A stretch of 21,114 nucleotides of DNA from Limisphaerales bacterium. Lineage in GTDB: Bacteria > Verrucomicrobiota > Verrucomicrobiia > Limisphaerales > JAJOIW01. Location: contig CBFHOE010000001.1 in NCBI GenBank assembly GCA_965657355.1, positions 116,936 through 138,049 of the forward strand, written 5' to 3'. Both the position numbers and the translations under genes were made by a program. Shown piece after piece: positions 1-7,707 of this stretch. The notes beneath the pieces are model-generated. The model was not told where the DNA came from, did no database searches, and saw nothing but the letters and a program-made list of their open reading frames with translations. Numbering within the stretch: position 1 is the first letter of the stretch; each line of letters opens with the position of its first letter.

Positions 1-143
1 TACAACATATGAACATAATCGGCAAGAGATACAACCATAATCAATTTTACCCCGAAAAGGTTTGAGAAGATTCTTTATACGGTGTAAAGGACGTAGAAGA
101 CTTTTCTGGGTTTTTTCAGGAGTGAGAGCTGTGTCGATTTAGT

Positions 144-1049
144 TTACACTGTACCGAAAAGCTGTTTGCGGGCCGTTTCGGCAAGTTTCACAACTGCTGG
201 GTGTTTTACTTTTCTTTCTACAGTGATAGCATAAAAATTTTCCTTAACTTCATCCGTTGATCCTATTTCGACGACATCATAGTCTTTACAAATCTCATTC
301 CTAATAACAAACGGACCGCAAAATACCCCGGCTCCATCTTTGCCGAAAACTTTCATTAATGCGCTGTCTTCAAATTCAGCGACAATGTTTGGTCGGATAT
401 TATTTGAGTCGAGCCAAATATCTAGAGACTTTCTTGACAAGGAGTGATGGCTGAGTGCGACGAATGGGACCCCGTTCAAGCATTCCGGAAATTCGCCTTT
501 GATTTTGTCTGCGAGTTCTCTGCGGGCAAAAAAGGAAATGCCGCAGTCTCCCAAAAAGTGATTAAAGGCTTTTACTCTAACAGATCCAGAAATTGGAGCA
601 TCAGATAATACTAGATCCAATCTTTGAATGGATAGCTCCGCAAGTAATCTTTCTGTATGATCTTCTTCGCAAAATAAATGAACCTTATTGTCTAGATCTA
701 GGATTGGGCTGAGAATTTTGTGTGAAATTAATTTAGGAAAGACAAACGAAATACCTACACGCAATCTTTTCGGCTTGGTTTGACTAACACCTCGAATGTT
801 TTCCAGGAATTCTTGACCCAAGGAAAAGATTTCATCTGCATATTCATAAGCCATCTGGCCTGCTTCAGTGAGCACCATTCTATTCGAGACTCGTTTGAAC
901 AAAGACTCTCCGATTTGATCTTCCAATTGAGATAATTGTTTGGAAATGGTTGGCTGTGTTAAATTAAGCGCTTTACTTGCTTTACTTATGCTTCCCTCTC
1001 TGACAACCATCCAGAAGTATTTAAGGTGGTGGTAATTGAGCCAATTCAT
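144..1049 (-). CDS. nhaR: LysR-family transcriptional regulator, NhaR-like
   Basis: 301 aa. N-terminal LysR HTH 'LNYHHLKYFWMVVREGSISKASKALNLTQPTISKQLSQLE'; NhaR-typical segments 'YADEIFSLGQE', 'EFEDSALMKVFG' and 'FYAITVERKVKHPAV'. Divergent from the CA-SulP operon. Confidence 0.9.
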   Translation of the reverse strand: MNWLNYHHLKYFWMVVREGSISKASKALNLTQPTISKQLSQLEDQIGESLFKRVSNRMVLTEAGQMAYEYADEIFSLGQEFLENIRGVSQTKPKRLRVGISFVFPKLISHKILSPILDLDNKVHLFCEEDHTERLLAELSIQRLDLVLSDAPISGSVRVKAFNHFLGDCGISFFARRELADKIKGEFPECLNGVPFVALSHHSLSRKSLDIWLDSNNIRPNIVAEFEDSALMKVFGKDGAGVFCGPFVIRNEICKDYDVVEIGSTDEVKENFYAITVERKVKHPAVVKLAETARKQLFGTV

Positions 1050-1065
1050 AGTTGATTTTATATAT

Positions 1066-1080
1066 ATAGATAAAATCTAT
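1066..1080. promoter_or_regulatory. LysR recognition site (T-N11-A dyad) ATAGAT-AAA-ATCTAT
   Basis: Perfect 6-3-6 inverted repeat with T1067-N11-A1079, in the 89-bp divergent gap between the LysR gene and the carbonic anhydrase gene. Confidence 0.7.
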
Positions 1081-1120
1081 ACTTTGCTAGTCAATAATTC
1101 AATTAGACTAATTTGAGACA

Positions 1121-1129
1121 TGCTATAAT
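1121..1129 (+). promoter_or_regulatory. Extended -10 sigma70 promoter element TG-C-TATAAT for the CA-SulP operon
   Basis: Perfect TGnTATAAT ending 9 nt before ATG 1139. No consensus -35 at 17 bp, consistent with activator dependence. Confidence 0.7.
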
Positions 1130-1138
1130 CTTTTGCAG

Positions 1139-1735
1139 ATGGAGACAGTAGGTTACAGCGGAATATTAGCCGGATCAGAAGCTTTCAAAAACAAAGTGGT
1201 TGCCAAAGAGCAAACCAAGTTTGATCAGCTTGCCAATGGCCAAAGCCCAAAAATAACATTTTTGACGTGTTCTGACTCAAGAATCGACCCATGTAGCTTG
1301 ACGCAGACCGGCCCGGGAGATTTGTTTGTAATCCGAAATGCAGGAAACATCGTGCCAGATTCGTCGGCAGGCGCTTGTGGTGAGCTGGCATCACTGGAAT
1401 TTGCTGTCAAAGCTCTTGGGACAAAACATATAGTTGTTTGTGGCCACTCGGATTGCGGAGCAATGAAAGGGGTGCTGGCTCCCGAGAAGGTTTCTGGGAC
1501 AACATTTGTTGGCGACTGGGTCGCTCAGGCAAATCGAGCCAAAGATATTCTCGAAAAGAGAAATCCCGGATCAACTTTATCTTTGGACGAATTGATCGAA
1601 TCCAACATTTTATTGCAGATCGAGAACCTGAAGAGTTTAGATTTCATCAAAGATGCCGAAGATAAAGGGGAAATTTCTCTGCACGGATGGGTTTATGATA
1701 TTGGCACCGGCAATGTCAAAATAGTTTATAACTAA
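1139..1735 (+). CDS. cynT: Beta-class carbonic anhydrase (CynT-like clade)
   Basis: Zn-ligand motifs 'TCSDSR' and 'GHSDCGAM', plus 'PGDLFVIRNAGNIVP' and 'LHGWVYDIGTG'. ATG 1139 preferred over TTG 1133, which sits only 3 nt after the -10. The symbol reflects sequence clade only; no cyanate genes are nearby. Confidence 0.93.
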   Translation: METVGYSGILAGSEAFKNKVVAKEQTKFDQLANGQSPKITFLTCSDSRIDPCSLTQTGPGDLFVIRNAGNIVPDSSAGACGELASLEFAVKALGTKHIVVCGHSDCGAMKGVLAPEKVSGTTFVGDWVAQANRAKDILEKRNPGSTLSLDELIESNILLQIENLKSLDFIKDAEDKGEISLHGWVYDIGTGNVKIVYN

Positions 1736-1805
1736 TTTTAAGTTAAGCTGGAGCGACGCGTTTTTTTCTTCACGCACCTGTAATTACAAAAAAGGATTAG
1801 ATAAA

Positions 1806-3320
1806 ATGTTTAAGGAAATGGATATACGCCGTGATTTCATGGCTTCTCTAGTTGTTTTTATGGTGGCCTTGCCTTTGTGTATGGGAATCGCTATTTCATC
1901 CGGTGTGCCTCCTGTGCTCGGCCTGGTAAGTGGCATCATTGGTGGCTTGGTTGTAGGCTTCATCGGTGGAGCCCCTCTGCAGGTTAGTGGTCCAGCCGCG
2001 GGCCTCGCTGTGCTTGTCATGCAATTCGTGGAAAAATTCGGGCTACCTTCTTTAGGTTGGGTAGTCTTAGGAGCTGGACTAATCCAAATCGTATGCGGTG
2101 CCCTCAGGTTAGGCCGTTGGTTTAGAGCCGTATCACCGGCAGTCGTCCAAGGTATGTTAGCTGGGATCGGAGTTCTTATATTTTCCTCCCAATTCCATGT
2201 CATGATTGACGATGTTCCTAAAGGAAAAGGAATAGTGAATTTACTGACCATCCCGTCCTCTATCTCGAAAGTATTTACACAACCTGACGGTAGTTCACAT
2301 CATTTAGCAGCAATCCTAGGTGTTTTAACCATCATCGTTATAGTTTTGTGGACCAAATTTAAGCCAGCGTTTCTGAAATTTTTGCCGGGTCCCTTTGTAG
2401 CGGTCTTAGTGGCCTCGATAGTTGCTGGTGTTTTTGGAATGGGGGTCAGTTTCATCAGCATTCCTGGCAAAATATTCACAAACCTTGAAATTATAAAAAC
2501 AGGAGATGGAAGCTTATTTACAGACTCATCGTTTTGGGGGGCTGTAATCGGATTCGCTGTCATAGCAAGTGCCGAAACATTATTGTGTGCAACTGCCGTG
2601 GATCGGATGCATTCGGGCCCCAGAACTCAGTATGACAGAGAATTATTTGCACAAGGCATAGGCAATAGTTTGTGCGGCCTTGTCGGGGCTCTTCCAATGA
2701 CTGGAGTCATTGTGCGTAGTTCCGCCAACGTTGAATCCGGGGCGAAATCTCGAGTATCAGCTATACTTCACGGATTATGGTTATTACTTTTCGTTGGTTT
2801 TTTTCCATTTATTCTCAATTCGATTCCAAAATCAGTTCTTGCTGCGATATTGGTTTATACCGGCTACAGGCTTTTCAGTCCTGTGGTCAAAATGTGGAAA
2901 GAGTTACCCAGAGTTGATTTTTACATCTACATAACAACAATTGGAACAATTGTGTATTTTGATTTGTTGAAAGGGGTTTTGATCGGTTTTGGATTGGCCC
3001 TGGCCAGATTGCTTTATACTTTTCTCAATACCGAAGTTGTGGTCAATAGATCCAAAGACGGATCTCAAACCGACGTGGCTATTAAAGGCTCTGCCACATT
3101 TATCCAAATTCCACGGATTTCGGACGCTCTTGAAGACATAGACGATGAGCAAAAGGTGTGCTTCCATCTAGACTCCCTCATATTCGTTGACCATTCGATT
3201 ATAGAAATAGTTTCGGATTGGAGCAAATCTCGTAAGGGAGAGGTTGTGCTCGACTGGGATTCATTCAAGGCGAGATCCGGATCAAGGCTCACTACGCCAG
3301 AGGTTAATTTTGATAAATAA
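1806..3320 (+). CDS. SulP/SLC26-family anion (probably bicarbonate) transporter with short C-terminal STAS-like domain
   Basis: 504 aa, many TM segments. SulP motifs 'VALPLCMGIAISSG', 'QVSGPAAGL', 'RELFAQGIGN' and 'PMTGVIVRSSANV'. AAGGA RBS near 1792-1796; follows the carbonic anhydrase gene. Confidence 0.92.
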   Translation: MFKEMDIRRDFMASLVVFMVALPLCMGIAISSGVPPVLGLVSGIIGGLVVGFIGGAPLQVSGPAAGLAVLVMQFVEKFGLPSLGWVVLGAGLIQIVCGALRLGRWFRAVSPAVVQGMLAGIGVLIFSSQFHVMIDDVPKGKGIVNLLTIPSSISKVFTQPDGSSHHLAAILGVLTIIVIVLWTKFKPAFLKFLPGPFVAVLVASIVAGVFGMGVSFISIPGKIFTNLEIIKTGDGSLFTDSSFWGAVIGFAVIASAETLLCATAVDRMHSGPRTQYDRELFAQGIGNSLCGLVGALPMTGVIVRSSANVESGAKSRVSAILHGLWLLLFVGFFPFILNSIPKSVLAAILVYTGYRLFSPVVKMWKELPRVDFYIYITTIGTIVYFDLLKGVLIGFGLALARLLYTFLNTEVVVNRSKDGSQTDVAIKGSATFIQIPRISDALEDIDDEQKVCFHLDSLIFVDHSIIEIVSDWSKSRKGEVVLDWDSFKARSGSRLTTPEVNFDK

Positions 3321-4165
3321 ACTTCTTGTCTCTCATCTCTGGGTCAGTTGACCTAATTGGACTAACACATAGGTCGAAAAAACAATAAAAAGGTGACGTC
3401 CTTTGTCACTTGCCAGTGTGATATTCTCGAAGATGAAAATCAGAATACCTTTTCGAATCACCTATCACGCTCCCTAGGACCTCTAGCCGAAATGAGGTGA
3501 TGGCTGTTCGAGTCAGACTGAAGGCCTTAACGAGTTAAAAAACAATAAACTTCAAACCGAGGTGTTCAGTTCGGCTAAAAACTCTCTCTGAGGCTCAACA
3601 TTCCATCTGTTAGCGTTTAAAGGGTTTGTTGGCTAATTTCTTATGGACCCAACTTATTTGTTGCCTTTTTGACACAGAACGTTTGAGGTTCATCATTAAA
3701 AACCCTGGATTTTGCCACGACAAATCAATTCTCCGGTTCAGATTGCGTTGCTAAAACAATGCATGTTACTTCATGTGCTTTTTGCTGCCCAAAAGTAATT
3801 CGGTTGAGCCACTCGACAGTAATCTAAATCTAATTACTTCATTAAAATGCTTCATCGCTGATGGAAACGCGGCGCATGATATTGATTTTGTTGTAAAAAA
3901 TTGATTCCTAAAAACTACTCAAAAATCGTTATATCAATTAATAGTGATATACTTTACTTGTTCATCGCTGGTTAATGAAATGAGCAGCGCTTTCGGCGTG
4001 TCATTGACGTACTCTTGTGAAAATTTCCAATTTGACCCGAGTAATTCCTAATTAATCACCTGCTTGGAACGAAAGCCTGTTATCATTACAAAGGGCACTT
4101 AGCATGTTATGGTGAATTCAAACCAGCGAGTCCGATAACCTCGAAGGATTATCAATTTTAAACGC

Positions 4166-4813
4166 TCAGATGCCAATTTCTGTATAGGGCATTTGAGTTG
4201 GGTAGACTTCAGATTTTTTTGGAGCTTTTACAGCCTTTATCCAGTCAATTTCGATTTGGAACGGTCCGGATTGTTTATCCGAAATCGAAAGACCAATTAG
4301 TCCCACATCTTTAGGGTTCATTCTGGGGAGTGTGAGATTTCTACCTCTCCAGGTTGGTTTCATGTCTTCTATCAATAGAGTATGTTCCAGCCATTCATCC
4401 TTTTTTGTTTGGAAAGATATTTGGTAGTTAGCGGTATTCCATTGTGCACCAGATCTCAAAGACAATTTATATATTTTACCGTCTCCCTTTACCTTTATTT
4501 TTATGGCATTAGAATCTTTAATCGATCCTTTCGGGATCAGTGCTCTTGTCGATGCGAACCCCCCGTTGTTTTCGAGTGATACAATACCTTTGAAAGAAGC
4601 AATTCCATTTTTAACTGAAATCTTGCTTTTGGAGATACCGCCCATGACATCATCGTTAATTATGGTCCATGGCTTTTGCCCACTTTTCTGATCAAATTGG
4701 AATAAAGTAGCCCCTGCTGCATCGCTTAATTGACTGAATAATTTCGGGCTTGTGCACAGTGTCAAAATTATTGCCACCGAAGTTTTGATGATAGTTTTGT
4801 TTATTATATTCAT
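4166..4813 (-). CDS. CIA30 (complex I intermediate-associated protein 30)-family protein with predicted signal peptide
   Basis: Motifs 'WTIINDDVMGGISKS', 'FKGIVSLENNGGFAS', 'VKGDGKIY' and 'DKQSGPFQIEIDWI'. N-terminal basic + hydrophobic segment. Confidence 0.88.
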   Translation of the reverse strand: MNIINKTIIKTSVAIILTLCTSPKLFSQLSDAAGATLFQFDQKSGQKPWTIINDDVMGGISKSKISVKNGIASFKGIVSLENNGGFASTRALIPKGSIKDSNAIKIKVKGDGKIYKLSLRSGAQWNTANYQISFQTKKDEWLEHTLLIEDMKPTWRGRNLTLPRMNPKDVGLIGLSISDKQSGPFQIEIDWIKAVKAPKKSEVYPTQMPYTEIGI

Positions 4814-4822
4814 TACGATAAT

Positions 4823-5572
4823 TTATTTGGGCTGCACTTTGGTTAATCCTCCGTCAACAGAAATGACTTGTCCGGTGACCCAGCTAGATTCCTCACTCAT
4901 CAGCCAAGCCGCAGCTGGGGCAATATCTTCTGGCTCTCCAATGCGCTTCAATGCATGAAGTCCTCGCGAGTAGTTTAATGCTGCTGGGTTAGAGACGATG
5001 TTTGAGGACATAGGAGTATTCACAAGGCCGGGGGCGATACAATTAAACCTCAGACCTTGGGAGGCATATGAAGCTGCTGCAGATTGGACTAGGCCAATTA
5101 TACCAGCTTTTGCAGCGCTGATGGCCTCATGGTTCGGCAATCCTCGCTGACCAGCGCAAGAACTGAAGAAAACGATGGAGCCTTTTTGTTGCCTCATAGT
5201 TTGGGCTGCAGCTTTCACGACGTAGAATGCCGAAGTCAAATTCTTGTTTATTGTCTCAAACCACTCTTGCTCGCTGGTCAAGTGTGCCGGTTTAAGGAGA
5301 ATGCTTCCTACTGCCAGGGCAACATTGTCTATTCTACCCAGCTTTTCTTTGGCTTTTGAGAAACACTCCGTGACTTGGTCAAAATCGGTGGCATCGGCTT
5401 TGCATACTGAGCACCCCAGTTCGTTGCCCAATCCATTTAAAGCTTCCTCTCCTCTTGATGCCAGCATTAAGGAGTGACCGTTCTTAGATAAAGTTTTTGA
5501 AAGGGCCTTCCCAATGCCTCCAGTTGCCCCAAACACAAGACTGGTGGGGTTGTCTTCGCCGATACTTGTCAT
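4823..5572 (-). CDS. SDR-family NAD(P)-dependent oxidoreductase (atypical; catalytic Tyr absent)
   Basis: Rossmann motif 'FGATGGIG', 'NCIAPGLVNT' and 'WVTGQVISVDGG'. The active-site segment reads 'HEAISAAK' instead of YxxxK. 9 bp upstream of the CIA30 gene, so probably one operon. Confidence 0.9.
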   Translation of the reverse strand: MTSIGEDNPTSLVFGATGGIGKALSKTLSKNGHSLMLASRGEEALNGLGNELGCSVCKADATDFDQVTECFSKAKEKLGRIDNVALAVGSILLKPAHLTSEQEWFETINKNLTSAFYVVKAAAQTMRQQKGSIVFFSSCAGQRGLPNHEAISAAKAGIIGLVQSAAASYASQGLRFNCIAPGLVNTPMSSNIVSNPAALNYSRGLHALKRIGEPEDIAPAAAWLMSEESSWVTGQVISVDGGLTKVQPK

Positions 5573-5599
5573 CGCTCTAAAATTCGTGCAAGTTTCTGA

Positions 5600-5627
5600 T
5601 CTTCAAATTTTGTACAATTTCTGTTTA
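5600..5627 (-). promoter_or_regulatory. Candidate CarH/LitR-type operator: three 11-bp-phased direct repeats
   Basis: Minus strand reads TAAACA-gaaat-TGTACA-aaatt-TGAAGA, 27 bp upstream of the SDR ATG. Two perfect TnnACA matches and one with a single mismatch. Confidence 0.45.
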
Positions 5628-6456
5628 GCTTTGGGTGTTTGTAATTAAGGGCTTACCCGACATTTCCCTAGTAGACGCCTAATACAGCTGGTCAATTTTT
5701 TCTTAAATGAAATATGAACAACCAGTATTGAATGTTTCCTAAAACCTTTGACTTTTTATTGGGATTGGAATCGATCCCGATAAGTTTAATTTAATTCCTT
5801 TAGCCATGGTGATTCCTTGAAAATAATGATCATTTTAAATCTGAGGAGATACAAATATGGTTCAGAACAAAGTCATGGATAACTTTCAAAGATTGATAAT
5901 AGACAAAAAGAGCCAAGAAATTTAAATGTTTGATGTAGCCTCAAGGTTGTTTTGTTTCATAAGGCGATTTTCCATTTTTCGAGCGAGGCATGGCAGGTAT
6001 GGAAAGTTTAATAAAGACATCGGTAGCCTCCAATAAGTAATCTGGGGCGCCTGCCCAATAATTAGGGATAAGGTCGCTTTGTCTTTTCCTCATCCATCCT
6101 CTAACCATACGGTTCTTTTACAAAACCTATCTGCTAAGAATTTTGACATATTATTTGAGATTGATTCGCGGGATTGGTAGGACGGTTTTCGGGGTGTGAT
6201 GTGCCAGAAAGAGACGTCTAAACTCAGAGATGATGAAGCTTTGAATATGAAATAGTGTCTATTGAATTATTGGCTGATTTATACTTGGGAAAGTGATTCT
6301 AAAATCAAATTATTCCCCATAATCCAGACTCAATGCCGAGATAATATTTGCAATAGCCAAAAGGTATATTGATTTATGAGTCAAAACTGTAAGGATAGTT
6401 AAAGGCTTTTTAAACTGAAGTTTAGATCAATTTTTTTGGTTATATTATTTAATCTA

Positions 6457-7572
6457 ATGGAATACGAATGTGACATTGCGGTGGTAGGAATGGGGATAGT
6501 GGGCTTGGCTCATGCCTATTTTGCTGCCAAAGCAGGGGAAAAAGTCATTCTGATGGACGGTGATCAAAGACCCGTTGGGGCGAGTGCTCGGAATTTTGGT
6601 TTTGTCACAATTTCCGGCCAGGCCTCAGGGGAAATGTGGCGGTTTGCGAGACGAACACGAGAGGTATGGGCAGAGTTAGTCGATAAAGCAGGCATTCGAG
6701 TTCATCAAAATGGGGTTCACATAATAGCACAACGGCCAGAAGCAGCTCGAGTATTAGAAGCCTTTCATAATAGCTACATGGGTGAAGAAACTCAGATTAT
6801 ATCATCAAAAAACTTTTTGAATAATTTTGAAGCACCTTTCAATAAAAATATATGCTCTGTTCTTTTTAGCCCTCATGAAATGCGGATAAATCCTATTGAA
6901 GCACTCTCTCAACTGCTTCAGTATCTTGAACAAGAGATGGGGGTAAAAGTATTGAGGCAATTTCCAGTTCAGAGTGTTGATTCTGGATTGTGCGAATCGA
7001 TTAAAGGAAAGGTTAAATCTAGCTTTGTTTACTTGTGCACGGGAGATAGCAATTCACACTTTTTCAAAAATCAAATTGATTTCACGAGATGCAAGCTACA
7101 AATGCTCAAGATAGGATCCAATGGTTTCAAATTTCCCTCTACCATAATGACGGATCTGAGTCTGGCCAGATACACCGGGTTTAGGTCATTGCCGGAGGCT
7201 GATGATCTTGAAAAAAGACTAAAGCTGGAGTGTCAAAACCAATTGGATCACGGAATCCATTTGATTGTGGCCCAGAATATGGACGGAAGCCTTGTCATTG
7301 GAGACAGCCATGAATATTCCCACCGGCCGGATCCGTTCCAAAGTGAAATGATTGATCGTTTAATCCTCCGCGAACTGAAAGATCTTGTCGATATCGGGGA
7401 GATTAACGTTTTGGATAGGTGGATCGGCACTTATGCCCATAGTAAACAAAAGGACTGGGGCACCGAAGAAGTCGCTCATAATGTCTTTCATTCAGTTATT
7501 ACCAGTGGGGCAGGGATGTCTACGTCTTTAGCCATTGCTGAAAAAAATATACAGAAGGCCCTGAATTTATAA
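6457..7572 (+). CDS. FAD-dependent oxidoreductase, TIGR03364-like (DAO family, usually phosphonate-catabolism associated)
   Basis: FAD motif 'VVGMGIVGLAHA'; family-typical 'GASARNFG', 'CKLQM', 'GIHLIVAQNMDGSLVIGDSHEY' and 'GAGMSTS'. ATG 6457 preferred over TTG 6436 because the Rossmann fold starts right after it. Confidence 0.85.
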   Translation: MEYECDIAVVGMGIVGLAHAYFAAKAGEKVILMDGDQRPVGASARNFGFVTISGQASGEMWRFARRTREVWAELVDKAGIRVHQNGVHIIAQRPEAARVLEAFHNSYMGEETQIISSKNFLNNFEAPFNKNICSVLFSPHEMRINPIEALSQLLQYLEQEMGVKVLRQFPVQSVDSGLCESIKGKVKSSFVYLCTGDSNSHFFKNQIDFTRCKLQMLKIGSNGFKFPSTIMTDLSLARYTGFRSLPEADDLEKRLKLECQNQLDHGIHLIVAQNMDGSLVIGDSHEYSHRPDPFQSEMIDRLILRELKDLVDIGEINVLDRWIGTYAHSKQKDWGTEEVAHNVFHSVITSGAGMSTSLAIAEKNIQKALNL

Positions 7573-7707
7573 AAATAATCACTTTAAATTAGTTTGCCTT
7601 TTGTGCTGGATTCCTGTAATTCAACGTCTCGTTTTGACCTAATATAGGTCCGATACAACATAATCCAGTGCTTGAAATTTGAAGAATTTTGCTGCCTAGA
7701 AAAAATA

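Noticed and set aside
1..143. Possible gene end or start at the left edge (e.g. + frame ending TAA at 38-40; minus-strand ATG at 38 running off the window)
   Set aside because: Too short to assign; no recognisable motif in the frames read.
1139..1735. Cyanate-utilisation (cynTSX) operon
   Set aside because: No cyanase or CynX gene; the neighbour is a SulP transporter.
3385..3411. Minus-strand intrinsic terminator (GTGAC/GTCAC stem next to an A-run)
   Set aside because: The stem is only about 5 bp with a 7-nt loop and lies ~750 bp from the nearest minus-strand stop; too weak to call.
3454..3530. tRNA suggested by the T-arm-like GGCTG-TTCGAGT-CAGAC
   Set aside because: No acceptor-stem pairing, D-arm or properly placed anticodon arm; kept only as part of the structured-RNA candidate.
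6385..6415. Pho-box-like phased repeats upstream of the phosphonate-associated oxidoreductase
   Set aside because: The repeats are degenerate, unevenly spaced (10-11 bp) and AT-rich; indistinguishable from background by eye.
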